A stretch of 63,192 nt of DNA, filler included, from Globobulimina sp. (GCA_003354225.1; 40 parts of 40 records of this genome joined end to end with filler, not necessarily neighbours in it); one strand, 5' to 3'; positions 50,655 to 62,589 are shown, counted from the whole stretch's first letter. The notes: a model not told the origin generated them from the sequence alone. Numbers and translations are program-made.

Positions 50655-51574
50655 CTATTGTTGAAAGTAGTCAATACGCTCATCTAAGTATTTGCGTGTC
50701 AGGTGGAGCGGATGTTGACATGCGATTTTTCCCATTGTATGCAGTGGAAAAGAAGCTTTTGTAATAATTTCTTGATTCAAATTAAAAGCAGAACACGCAT
50801 AATCTTTGCCATTTTCTGCAATTTGTTTCACACTGAGTTTTTTAAGAGATTTGGCAAAAGATATCGGCCTTTCATTGCTTAGCCAATAATTACTATTTGA
50901 TTTTAACAATAATTTCTTTAATCGAGAATAAGAGATTGATTGTAATTCATAATAAATATTTTCCGCACAGCATACCATCAAATATCCCAAATTCGATCGT
51001 GCCAATTTATTGATTGATACACATTCATTGCATTCTTTTTTCGTACAATGGCTCAAAAAACGAAGGGTTTGCAACTCCACAAAGGTCGAAAATATTAATT
51101 TATTATAACGTTGTCTCGATGCAAAAGGTATACAATCAGTAAGAAAATAAACCATTCCATCAGAATCATCAACTTTTACATTACGGATTTTTGTGAATTG
51201 TTCCGTTGCTCCAATAAAATATAGATACACAGTGAATTGACCGCATTGAAATAGCCATAATGTTGCAAAATTATTACTGCGTTGTCCGCTAAAATCTGAG
51301 CAGCTTGTTTTTGAGTTAATAAATCAAAATTCATTGAATTTACAATTGTGTGAGTTCTTCGTCTCTGTTTCAGAAAATCTGGCAGCAAACATTGGGGATG
51401 AATATGAATTGCACCGATGTCGTACACATAACGTTTAATATTTGGATTATTCTGTGAATCTCTAGCTTCTTGTAGCAAATTATCTAACTGCTTTGGCAAA
51501 GGAAGAGGGGAAGCCATTAAGTTCGCAAGTTTTTGAGTGGAAATAAAAAGATTTATAATCCACACAAAAATCAA
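50655..51574 (-). pseudogene. Frameshifted hypothetical gene
   Basis: Two overlapping co-oriented ORFs switch frame near 51230. Confidence 0.4.
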
Positions 51575-52225
51575 AGTTTCTAACTAAACTAACTAACTAA
51601 CTAAAACCATATTTGATCGTTTTGATGGTTTAAATCAACTCAATGCTCCATATTCAATCATTGTCTCTTTGAGTGCTTGTTTATATTTCATTTTCCTCCA
51701 ATAACAATATCCAGCAACTGCTGCCACAATGGATACAAACACCAAAACTCCAATCAATAAATCTGTTAAAACAACTTTCTTCGATGTATCCTCCACTTCT
51801 TTGCAATTATTTTAAACAACAAACAAGATTTAACTTGAATAGATTTCATATAAATTGCAAACAAAATAGGTAGCATACCCTCTCCAACTCTCATTTTACG
51901 GTTTTTACCATATTCTTGTGCTTGTGGTGTTGACTCAATATCAATATCAATCCCTTCAACATTCGGAGAAACGACAGATAATTTGGCTGCTACAGATATA
52001 TGCTCCGCTTGCTGGCAATGTGAAGCCGGGGAACATTCAAATGATGCGGCAGTACTCGAATGAATGAGTGTGTCTTCGCAACTGTTATCCTGAGCACATA
52101 CAATATGACAATGACCAGAGCCACANNNNNNNNNNNNNNNNNNNNNNNNNNNNNNNNNNNNNNNNNNNNTTAATTAATTAANNNNNNNNNNNNNNNNNNN
52201 NNNNNNNNNNNNNNNNNNNNNNNNN

Positions 52226-53361
52226 GTAACTGTTCTTCCACACTGCTTCCGAAGGGGCGTGTCATCCACTCTTCAACACTCAGATCAACTTCAGTAACAC
52301 TGCTCTCAAAAGGAGTTGTCATCCAGGGTTCGGTGCCGTAATGTTCATCATAAACAACATCCAATGATTTGTCTCCACTGCAGTTATTAAGCACGGATAT
52401 CGATCCCTCCTCACAATACCTCCACTGTTCGCAGTATGCAATTGCTACACTAAACCAATCATTTATGTTTCTATAATCTGCATCATACAAATCGTCGGGC
52501 GTACATTCAAGAGTATCATCCTCAAATATAACAGCAACATTTTGGTTAGAATTGACAGTAATAAATTTTGTAGCAATACCACACTGAGTACAGAAACAAG
52601 ATATACTCTGTGAATATACATATTGGTTAAAATCATTCGAATTAAATATTGTTTGTTGCTCAATTAGCGTCGCTTTAATCTGGTCCCATATATTGGAATT
52701 TGTAGCATTTGGAAATGTCGCTGTGAATTGGCTGCAAGATCTGGTATAACTTAATGAAACATTTGCTTTTATTCCTTTGTTATATGCATCAAAACATTCA
52801 AAATACCATGCACTTCCTATATAAATTTTGTTTATTTGCTATGAGTGACAGATATTAATACAATATACCTCCATCGTATGCCATTGCTGCTTGATCGAAT
52901 ATTATTGATATTGGAAAATGATATGTATCATCGTATACTACGTCTAATGACACATCAGAGCATGAATAACCATTTGATGTTTGAACCGTTGTACTGTCGC
53001 ATTCATTGAATGTATCCACATAATTAATTGCAATATTAAACCAATCATTGATTGTACGATAATCAGCATCATGCAATGTATTGCTATCACAGTAAAGTGT
53101 TGAATCACTGAATGTAATATCAATTGATTTGCCATTCTGCACTGTGTTATATTTTGTTGCTGTTCCACACGGCATGCAATTACAGACTGTTCTGTATGCG
53201 AATGCATATTGATTGAAATTATTTGCAGAAAATAAATTTTGTTTTGATACTAATGTGGATCGTACTGTGGTCCAATCTGTCGGATTGGACAATGCTGTCA
53301 ATGCAGTGATGACAAGGAATAATAATCTAGTGATGCAATAGCTATATCTCAATAATCTCAT
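52226..53361 (-). CDS. Secreted protein with two tandem DUF6174-like domains (one intron near 52775-52868)
   Basis: Signal peptide; the block NQY.....C[NF]C..CG.ATK..TV..DADYR.INDWF..AI..SLDVVYD occurs twice. Confidence 0.6.
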
Positions 53362-53442
53362 GTTGACTGATGGTATAAGTTAAAGTGTTTTTGATTTTTT
53401 CAAACAGTGAGTACCAGACTACAAACAAACAAACAGCCAAAG

Positions 53443-53706
53443 TCACTTTCTCATCCTCTTACTCTTCCGCTCATTGTCCTTCTTTTGCTGCACCAGCCTC
53501 ACAGACTGATGATACAAATCCTTATACTGCTCCCAATCCGCGTCATTATCCTTATCACTCTCACCATTCAATTTGCCCGTCAATATTTTCCCTGGCTTCT
53601 CGCTCGAATCCTGAAACATTTGCGAGATCATATCCATTACAACGGATTTCCTCTCTTTCCACGCACGACCATATTTATTAAACTCTAGCAACTTTGCCTC
53701 CAACTC
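53443..53706 (-). CDS. Hop2/TBPIP-like C-terminus
   Basis: KYGRAWKERKSVVMDMISQM...GESD resembles the Hop2 WRKRKR...GIETD tail. Confidence 0.5.
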   Translation of the reverse strand, partial: ELEAKLLEFNKYGRAWKERKSVVMDMISQMFQDSSEKPGKILTGKLNGESDKDNDADWEQYKDLYHQSVRLVQQKKDNERKSKRMRK

Positions 53707-53867
53707 NNNNNNNNNNNNNNNNNNNNNNNNNNNNNNNNNNNNNNNNNNNNTTAATTAATTAANNNNNNNNNNNNNNNNNNNNNNNNNNNNNNNNNNNNNN
53801 NNNNNNTATAAAAATAATATTTATATAATACTTATATGATATTTATATACTATTTTTATATGGCAAA

Positions 53868-54415
53868 CAGTAGACGACAATTTGGATATTTCGGATATTT
53901 CGGAAGAAGAGGTTTCTGATCAGGTAAATGTAGATGCAAACGAACATGAAGAGGCAAAGAAACATGAAGAGGCAAAGAAACAGGAAGAGGCAAAGAAACG
54001 GGAAGCGGCAGAGAGACGAGAAGCCGCAGATGCAAAGGAAGCCGCAGATGCAAAGGAAGCCGCAAAGGCAAAGGAAGCCGCAAAGGCAAAGGAAGCCGCA
54101 GAGAAACGGGAAGCCGCAGAGAAACGACAAGCCGCAGAGGCAAAGAAAGCCGCAGATGCAAAGGAACAGGAAGGGAAAGAAAAACATGCAGAGCCAGAAA
54201 GTGATGATGATGAGGACGGCTCTGACGAATCGGACGGATCTGCCGAATCTGAGGCGTCAAAGTATGAACGACGAAGAAAAAAATATAAACATGTCCTTCC
54301 AAGAATGCCCCCGTTCCATCCTCACAAAACAAATAAAAATATCCATATAAAAGGCAGCATAATTTCGCATTATAGGAAACATTTACATTCTGAGAATATG
54401 GTATGTTATAAATAG
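53868..54415 (+). CDS. Charged coiled-coil protein with 18-bp (EAAxAK/EEAKK) minisatellite
   Basis: About 13 hexapeptide repeats at 53941-54180, then an acidic tract. Confidence 0.55.
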
Positions 54416-55515
54416 TATATAAATATTATATAAATGATATATAATTAATATATAAATAGGTATATGCGAAAAAAGCATGGAGTAAGTATTCGAATCGTGT
54501 AGGTGTATCATGTAACCATGTCGGTTGTAGGAAACGGATTAAAAAGGACTCAAAATATGCGTTTTGTTATATTTGTAAAGAGGAAGAAGTAGATAAACAC
54601 ATCATTGAAGCGAGCTGTTTGAAAACATTATTGCTGTGTGATAAAGAGGAAAGACCATGGCGGGCAATTACTGGCAGGGATATATGTATTGAATTTCCTC
54701 GATATATTAAGAATTTAAAATTGGGGCCTATTAGCGATACTGATGAATCATCGGATGAATCATCGGAGGAGGAATCGTCAGAGGAATCATCATCGGGTAA
54801 ATCATGTCCATTTGCGGAAACAATTGAGAATGATGACAAGGAAGCAGTGAGTGAGCAAAGTGAGTCTCAATCGAATAACGAGTCGTCATATAATACTGAT
54901 ACATTTACAAGTGGTTCAAGTTCAACTACAAATTAAAGACTTTGTTTGAAATTAAATTAAACACATTTTATTTTAAATTAATTCTGTCATTTTTTTCTTT
55001 AACAAACAATTGATATAGTCACTTATATGTTAGTTATATACCCATTTATAAGTCAGTTATAAGGTTAGTCATTTATAAGGTTATTTATATAGCCATTTAT
55101 ATGAATTGGTATTTTTTTGAATTATTCAGTTTTTTTTTTATATAAATGGTATGTAAATGAAAAAATTCAATTATTTTTTCAAAAGTCATTTATATAGCCA
55201 TTTATATAAAAAAAAGTTATTTATATACCCAAAAAAAGCCATTTATATAGGCTATTTATATATCATTTATATAGTTTTTTTCAAAATNNNNNNNNNNNNN
55301 NNNNNNNNNNNNNNNNNNNNNNNNNNNNNNNTTAATTAATTAANNNNNNNNNNNNNNNNNNNNNNNNNNNNNNNNNNNNNNNNNNNNGCTGCCAAAGAGA
55401 AGGCCAAACGGGAGGCTAAGGCTGAGAAGGCAGCTGCTGCGAAGAAGAATGCAAAGATGAACCTAAAGAAGAAACTAGCGATCTTGATACTCTACCACTT
55501 GCGATTACTGAGGGG

Positions 55516-56100
55516 GTGAATGAGAATCAGGGCTTAGCACTAACGATTCCAGAGTATAAAGATACTAATAGCTATGCTTTTACAGGTGTAAATATAGCCA
55601 CAGTGGGACCGACCTCTATGTCCGGTGTACATATTACATTGGGCCGATGCGATATAAATAATATGGATAAGCCATTCTGTTTTGTGGTTGGCGATGAGGT
55701 CAAATTTAAAATAAAAAGATTGGTGTCTTTCCCTCCATTTTCATCCAAACCAAAAAATTTTAAAAGACAACAAATTGATGCAAAAGGATATAGATATTAT
55801 GCCACACATTGGATCACTTTGGAAATAGAGTTTATTGCATTTAGTTATAAGACAAGATGTACACCGCATATATCGTTATGCAAAATCGCTGTTAAATTAA
55901 AAGCTGATGATGTACAAAAATTGAATGATCGCGAGAAAAAAATAAAACAATTGGTTGGTAAAAAGGGCGGTGCGATCTTATCCATCATACACGAAGAAGA
56001 GAGTGACGATGATATGGATATAAAAGAAGCTGAAAAGAAAGGTGTGTATGAAAAAAATGAAGCCGATGAAATGCAGCAAATCAATATTGCAATTGATTGA
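55516..56100 (+). CDS. Hypothetical protein
   Basis: 194-aa ORF. Confidence 0.45.
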   Translation: MNENQGLALTIPEYKDTNSYAFTGVNIATVGPTSMSGVHITLGRCDINNMDKPFCFVVGDEVKFKIKRLVSFPPFSSKPKNFKRQQIDAKGYRYYATHWITLEIEFIAFSYKTRCTPHISLCKIAVKLKADDVQKLNDREKKIKQLVGKKGGAILSIIHEEESDDDMDIKEAEKKGVYEKNEADEMQQINIAID

Positions 56101-57119
56101 GTTACAGAAACATATTTTTTTTGTTTATTTGTATTCGTTTGTATACTTGTACTAAATGATTGGGAACTTATTCAAGGATCCGGACGTTTAATTATTATAA
56201 ACACATTCTTTTTTGTTGATTTTTTTCTTGTGTTTTTAATTTTATTACCAGTTCCAATCATTTTTCAAACATCCAGTCCATCACAGATATATAATAACGT
56301 ATTATCATCAACGCTTGTGACGAGTACGCCCATCGACTATTTCCAATAATTGTATTTTTAAATTTGTATGGCGTTAATTATTTATAAAACATATGTGTAT
56401 TTACTATTTACTTAACGCTACAACAAATTCAGTTCATTCCATTTGGAGAATGCATCTCCGCAAAGTCTGAATGCTTTATTTTAAATTCATCTTTGTATAC
56501 AAACCAATAACAACAGCATACATTTTATTAAAACTGTACATACACTATACACAAATTGCATTATTCTGCTTTGACAATGCATATATCCAACGCGCAAGAA
56601 AAACATAATGGATAAACTGCGTGAAAATCTATTTCCAATTTCATCTCCGTTGTTCATGATATATTGGATGTGTTCCTATCATTGTTATTGCCAACGCTGT
56701 AATCATGGCGGAAGTTCAAGTGAAAACTGAGCTTGAAAACTGAGCTTGTACATGATTTACGTTTTCCTTTTATGCAATTTATTCAATATAACAGTAAACA
56801 TCTCTGTTGGTAATATATCACGACATGCATCAACCATCGTCATTAATTTGTTATGTTCCTCCATTTCCNNNNNNNNNNNNNNNNNNNNNNNNNNNNNNNN
56901 NNNNNNNNNNNNTTAATTAATTAANNNNNNNNNNNNNNNNNNNNNNNNNNNNNNNNNNNNNNNNNNNNAAATAAACCTTTCTTTTATTACCGATGGTATC
57001 TTCATAGGTTTTGGACAGAGTAAAAGTGAAACAAACGCCCTATTCGTGGTTACCCTAACCTAAACGTTCGAAATACGGCAACAGCTTATCGCCTATGAGG
57101 CGGTCGCCGCCTTTATTTA

Positions 57120-57888
57120 TGTAGTGCTCATATACGGATGGCAATAAATCATTTTTTATATTTTCCAAATTGGTGCTATCACTGAACTGATTTGGTGCAG
57201 CTTTTGTTACATTCAAAATATGTGTTATTTGCAAATGATAAACAACACTCCAATTGATTGCCTGTCGTGCATCTCCGAGATATAATTTATCGGTCAATAT
57301 AACATTTGGATATCCATCACATTGACTTAATACTTTTGCATATCGTCTATTTGTTGAAATATTATTTTCTTCCAATATTAACTGTTGTTTCTCATCGTTA
57401 TTACTCATATATTTCTGATTAAACATTGCTTCTTTTGCATTGGCAACAAATGTATCAGCATATTGACATAAATACGGATATTTTAGTCTGAATTCATTGA
57501 ACGACGCATTCATTACAAAATATTTAACGTTTTGTTTGTTGATTAATTTAAAAATAAAATCATAAAATATTGGATTAATATCATTTGAACCGTATAATAT
57601 GATCAATTGACCAGAAATAGTTTGCAGTCGTGAGTGATGAGAGGATTTTAATTGGGAAACATTTGTAATTTCAGTTGAGTTTGATAAATATGAATCTTTT
57701 ATGGTCACTTGAATTGATTTATAAATGTGAGATTCCGTGTATTTATCTATGTTTCTTAAATCAATTAATGTTAATGGACCTGTTATGGCATTGTAAACAA
57801 AATCAATGTCAACTGCTTCATATAATTGTTTTAGATTATCTTTTTGTGGAATAATGGCTTGTTTCTCTTCATCCTGCAACTTTTGCAT
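57120..57888 (-). CDS. Rhodanese plus dual-specificity phosphatase (MKP-like), truncated
   Basis: LIDLR..YTESHI, FRLKYPYLC and YPNVILTDKLYLGD..QITHILNVT; the CX5R loop is missing. Confidence 0.82.
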
Positions 57889-58014
57889 TATCTAAGATGT
57901 CCACAGATAGAATGAAAACCCTATTTTTCGGCACAGAGCGAAGTTAAATTCTTAAAAAATTGCACAGTTAAATTAATTAAATAAAAACATCAAATGTTTA
58001 TAGAAAATTACTAA

Positions 58015-58449
58015 TCATTGTCTGACAGCGGTTGTTCGCTTTATTGATTTGATTCTATTTTTATCATCTTTTATTTTTGGATCACAAAGAATTAATTCAA
58101 CATCAAATTTGGAATACTGTGATTTCGGAATTTTAGCATTATTATCTTTATTAAATGTTGTAGGAATCCGTGATAATATATTCACAGATTCTAAACACCA
58201 ATTTGAGCGCAGCTCTAATTTCTTTAATTTTGGAGCCCATAAACTTAAACTTGTCATTAATTCAGCTCTGTGCATACGAAATGACTCTACATTGAGCAAT
58301 GCCACTCTTTTTAAATCGCCATATATTCTCAAATGAAAACTAGAAAATGATTTTAATTTAACACATTTACTAATACTCTGTGCAAATTTATTTTGATCAT
58401 AACATTCAATGAGGCAAAGAGATATTTGCTTTAATTCTGGTAAATTTGC
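58015..58449 (-). CDS. LRR/F-box-like protein C-terminus
   Basis: LPELKQISL, LKRVAL and APKLKKLEL repeats. Confidence 0.45.
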   Translation of the reverse strand, partial: ANLPELKQISLCLIECYDQNKFAQSISKCVKLKSFSSFHLRIYGDLKRVALLNVESFRMHRAELMTSLSLWAPKLKKLELRSNWCLESVNILSRIPTTFNKDNNAKIPKSQYSKFDVELILCDPKIKDDKNRIKSIKRTTAVRQ

Positions 58450-58783
58450 NNNNNNNNNNNNNNNNNNNNNNNNNNNNNNNNNNNNNNNNNNNNTTAATTA
58501 ATTAANNNNNNNNNNNNNNNNNNNNNNNNNNNNNNNNNNNNNNNNNNNNATAATGATAAGTTCACTAAAAGAGATGCAAAGCGCATTTTCATATCAAAAT
58601 ATGGAATTAGTCGTCAAACCATAAGACGATTCAAAGACGCAATACTAACTCAATCAAATAATTAAATTTGTTTGATAGTTCAAATATTTTTGTACTTTCA
58701 AAAAAAACAGCATTTTTCTGAGATTTGGGGGAGTCCTCTCGACCCTTTGTCTTTAGGCTTGAAAAAAAAAACAAGATAATTAA

Positions 58784-59839
58784 GTGGCTTTAGTCATGTG
58801 CAAGTTACGCGCAATAACGTGGACTAAACCTTATAATATTTATTCTGGAGTAGATGCCGCCGGATCTGTATTATTTTACGAACCAATAAACCCATATTAT
58901 TTAATAATTCGTGCAGTAGGTGTTGTTTACTCCACAGCCGTTATAATATGGTCAATGGCAGATTTCGCAGAGCAAAACATATCATATTCATTATGGTTTG
59001 CATTTAGAATTAATTGGATCACCTTATTAATATGGATGTATTTCATTACCTCCTTATTCATATCCATATTGGTTAATTATTATAAACGTACAAATGAATC
59101 GTTGACTATCCCATCATTTACAGAATGGGATCCCGAGGGCGACGGTTCAGATGTTAACGAAGTTAATTATAATCGTTTAAAAACATACAAATCGTATACC
59201 TATACTTTCCATCAATTCTCCCGAATATGTTTACAAATATCCATCTCTGCCATAATATTTATGTCCATTCTTTATTACATGGATTATAGACATATATTTA
59301 AACAAAGTGCCATTCCTGAATTTGTGCTTAATATCCAAACCCATGGCATTTTAGCCATTGTCCTATGTTTGGATTATTTCACGTCCTGCACTCAGATCAG
59401 ATACATATTTGGCTCGCTCTTAGTGTTATTTTTTAATGTCATGTCATTAGTATGGACGTACATCTTTTACCAGGCCGACCTCTATAATCCGCTCACTCAG
59501 TCCAATATATTGTATCCCGCCGCGAATTGGACCTCTGCCGATTTTGTCACAACGTATGTTGGTTCTTTTTTTTTCTGCGCGAGGATGAGTGCGAGGATAC
59601 AAACAACAATAAATAGATTGGAGGTATTTATCGGAGGAACTGTGGCGCATTGGTTTATTCATATTGTTGTGGTGTACTTGAAATTTGTAGTGATATGCTA
59701 TTGGATCGATCGCAGGCGATTTACAATGGATATTATTGACGAAAAAGCTACGAATTTAAGAGCCAAAAAAAGCAAAAGAAAAAATGAACGAAATGCAAAT
59801 AGTTTGACCAGTTATGAATTTGAACCGTTATTATTATAA
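58784..59839 (+). CDS. FAR-17a/AIG1 (rolling stone)-like multi-pass membrane protein
   Basis: About six TM helices, INW, ILYY, QTHG..LCLD and ILYP..NW. Confidence 0.6.
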   Translation: MALVMCKLRAITWTKPYNIYSGVDAAGSVLFYEPINPYYLIIRAVGVVYSTAVIIWSMADFAEQNISYSLWFAFRINWITLLIWMYFITSLFISILVNYYKRTNESLTIPSFTEWDPEGDGSDVNEVNYNRLKTYKSYTYTFHQFSRICLQISISAIIFMSILYYMDYRHIFKQSAIPEFVLNIQTHGILAIVLCLDYFTSCTQIRYIFGSLLVLFFNVMSLVWTYIFYQADLYNPLTQSNILYPAANWTSADFVTTYVGSFFFCARMSARIQTTINRLEVFIGGTVAHWFIHIVVVYLKFVVICYWIDRRRFTMDIIDEKATNLRAKKSKRKNERNANSLTSYEFEPLLL

Positions 59840-60173
59840 AACATATTTTTATTTGGATTCAAGTTTGAAATTATTCACTTTGTAAGGTTATATCTTTTTT
59901 TTTTATTCTTATTCATATTATAAATAAATAATGTTCATTTTTAGGGATTTTATAAACGTAATTTGCCTCATATTTCGCATGATTATTTCATGATTATTTC
60001 TTTGTATATTAAACAAGAAGAGTTGGGTTTNNNNNNNNNNNNNNNNNNNNNNNNNNNNNNNNNNNNNNNNNNNNTTAATTAATTAANNNNNNNNNNNNNN
60101 NNNNNNNNNNNNNNNNNNNNNNNNNNNNNNTGCTTTTCTCATTTGATGCTTTTAATTGGTTACTCTTCGAACC

Positions 60174-60595
60174 ATGTCTTACAAACGCTTGCTCGTTGGC
60201 GATGCAGTTCGAGTGTACGTAGATGATATCAGTGGCGACAACAGAAACAACTCCAGGACAGGCTTTGGATTTATACGTTTTATTGGATTTATTCAATCCA
60301 CTAAGTTCACACAATGGATTGGTGTCGAATTAATTGAAGAAATTGCCGATGGACATGATGGAACGGTAAACAATGTGCAATATTTCAAGGCGCGAAAAGG
60401 ATACGGAATACATATACCAATTACAAATATCATAGAAATCTTATCCATCACCACAGTGATGCTGGAGTTAAAAGCAACTCTCCACAGTTTACAAGAAACA
60501 AACAGTTACATTCAAAACTTAGAATCCATTATAAATTCAAAAAAAAAGCCCAAATTAGTAATGCATATCAATGTTGATTTGCCTCCGTCATTAGA
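60174..60595 (+). CDS. CAP-Gly domain protein (N-terminal part)
   Basis: GFIRFIG..QWIGVEL..GHDGTVNNVQYF..GYGI, then a coiled coil. Confidence 0.85.
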
Positions 60596-60599
60596 CCCA

Positions 60600-61611
60600 T
60601 CGCGAAGGGACACCTTTATTCTTCCCGCTGCGAGACCCGCTTCAAGAAGACAGATAGCTTTTCCTTCTGAGACAATAGCATCGATTGTGTCCAAACTATC
60701 AGAAAAACTCACCTCAGCTATTAATGCTGTCGCTAAATTGGCAGTATACGATGCAAGCACAATCACGACCAAAAATGACCATAAAAGTGTATTAATACGC
60801 GACCATATACTTTTTGGTTCAAATCCATCACCTTTTGCAAAGAAGCAAATTAAACCAGAGTTGAATTATATATCTTATTATAGCATACCTGCAGCTGTGA
60901 AATGGCCAAATGAGGCATACACATATGAGCCAAAGTCATACATCAAATCTTTTGAAATTTGCAATTGTACTGATGGTGTTTCCATTAAATGAAATAAGAA
61001 ACCACAAATTGCATTAAATACAATACCAGCAACGAGCACTATCCATAGTTCCGCAGTGAATGGTTTTAAAAACGCAGTCATTGAAAACGTTTCTTGTTGA
61101 TATTCCGGTTTAGGAATCAGTAATACCACCGTAGCATCAATAAAATGATGAGCAAAATTCATACCCAGGACACGGCGATCAGCAGCATCTGTATACCATG
61201 TACCAGCCGCATCGCTTGTTTGTAATACACGTGCTAATGCTTGAGTATATGTTTCGCCATTTTCAGGTGCAAATAAAGAATAATTCACTGCGAATCCCGC
61301 TTCAGCTGATAGTGCATCGAAGATATCAACACAGTAACCTCCTGTAAATGTGTTGGTGTCTGCATCATAAACACTCCACGGTAAACCACCATAACCCATT
61401 GAAATCTGCAATGTTATGCCACGAAGTGATTCATTAAAAGATACATTGCCAGATTGGATTTGGAGCTCTAAATCACACGCGTACGGGGTCTGGGACGTGG
61501 CCGGCATCAATGACGACATAAATAATAAAATTACTGTATAATATATGAAAATTAATGTTTTTGGCTGCGAATTCAAATTCAAATACAAGCTATACCTAAA
61601 TGGGTTGGAAT
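60600..61611 (-). CDS. Ionotropic glutamate receptor (GLR-like), intron 60832-60888, truncated in S2
   Basis: S1 GYCVDIFDAL, AFLKPFTAELW, M1, pore SFGHFTAA|GDGFEPKS, M3 LASYTANLATAL. Confidence 0.92.
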
Positions 61612-62084
61612 NNNNNNNNNNNNNNNNNNNNNNNNNNNNNNNNNNNNNNNNNNNNTTAATTAATTAANNNNNNNNNNNNNNNNNNNNNNNNNNNNNNNNN
61701 NNNNNNNNNNNTTGACGAGATTCAAGCAAAAGTTTTCATTTTAGAACAAACCCTAAAGAAAAAAAGACAATTGCAAGAAGCCTCAGAACAATTAATAACC
61801 AAAAAACAAAAACTTTTGTAAATCATTGTATATAAAAATTTTGTTCATTGTGTGTGACATGGGTATCGAAATGTCCAGCCTTAAGTCATTCTTTATATTT
61901 AAATTTAAGAAAATGAAGCGGACGAAACAAAACAACAAAACTCTTTTCACACTCATTCCATCAATTGTGATCCAAACAACAGTCTTTACTACTTTAGTAT
62001 TCTTCAGCTAGATTTTTTCATAATCATATTTATACAAGTATGTAATTCTAAAAATAAAATTTCAAACCCAAACACTCAACACTC

Positions 62085-62414
62085 ATGCTTTCTATGGAAA
62101 GCACAAAGAAACAACTAGAAAAAGATTTTGGACGAAATGAAAAAATAATTAAAAACAATAAACAAGTACGCAAACTCTGTGCAAATTGTAAAAACAGAGA
62201 AAGATTCTATGAAATCTCTCGAACTCTTTGTTATCATTGTGAGTTGCTTGGTTACAAAGAAAAACAGAATGAAACAAATAATTGCAGTTGTGAAACGAAT
62301 GATTTGTGTTATCATTGTTGGTTCAATGGTTTCATTGAAGGAGAAACTGAAACAGATAATTGGAGCTGTGAGGTAAATGCAAGCTTGTCTGATCGTGAAG
62401 ATCAATTAATTTAA
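62085..62414 (+). CDS. Small Cys-rich protein with duplicated LCYHC...SCE module
   Basis: CANC plus two 26-aa repeats. Confidence 0.6.
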   Translation: MLSMESTKKQLEKDFGRNEKIIKNNKQVRKLCANCKNRERFYEISRTLCYHCELLGYKEKQNETNNCSCETNDLCYHCWFNGFIEGETETDNWSCEVNASLSDREDQLI

Positions 62415-62589
62415 CAAACGATTGAAAACTTGTTTAATTTTTACTAACATTAACTAAAACAACATTAAAACAATTATCCGAGCGAAGCGAGGCAATTCTA
62501 TCACACCCAAAGCCAAATAATGATTTCCAGGGGTTTCTGAGCGTTACCGCTCCCATAGGTTACCCTGGCACCAAACGAGGAACATTGTA

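Noticed and set aside
50655-51574. JmjC/cupin assignment
   Set aside because: No HxD/E...H motif; the resemblance is too weak.
53843-54350. Four overlapping ORFs (CGFLCL, LRLP and QRKP repeats)
   Set aside because: A stop-free 18-bp minisatellite is open in many frames; only the EAAxAK frame is plausible.
60156-60992. 278-aa CAP-Gly ORF overlapping the iGluR as a true antisense gene pair
   Set aside because: Its 3' half is the antisense read of iGluR exons and intron past a probable chimeric junction.
1485-61711. Regularly spaced TTAATTAATTAA palindromes as a CRISPR-like or regulatory array
   Set aside because: Always inside fixed N44 flanks; a synthetic linker.
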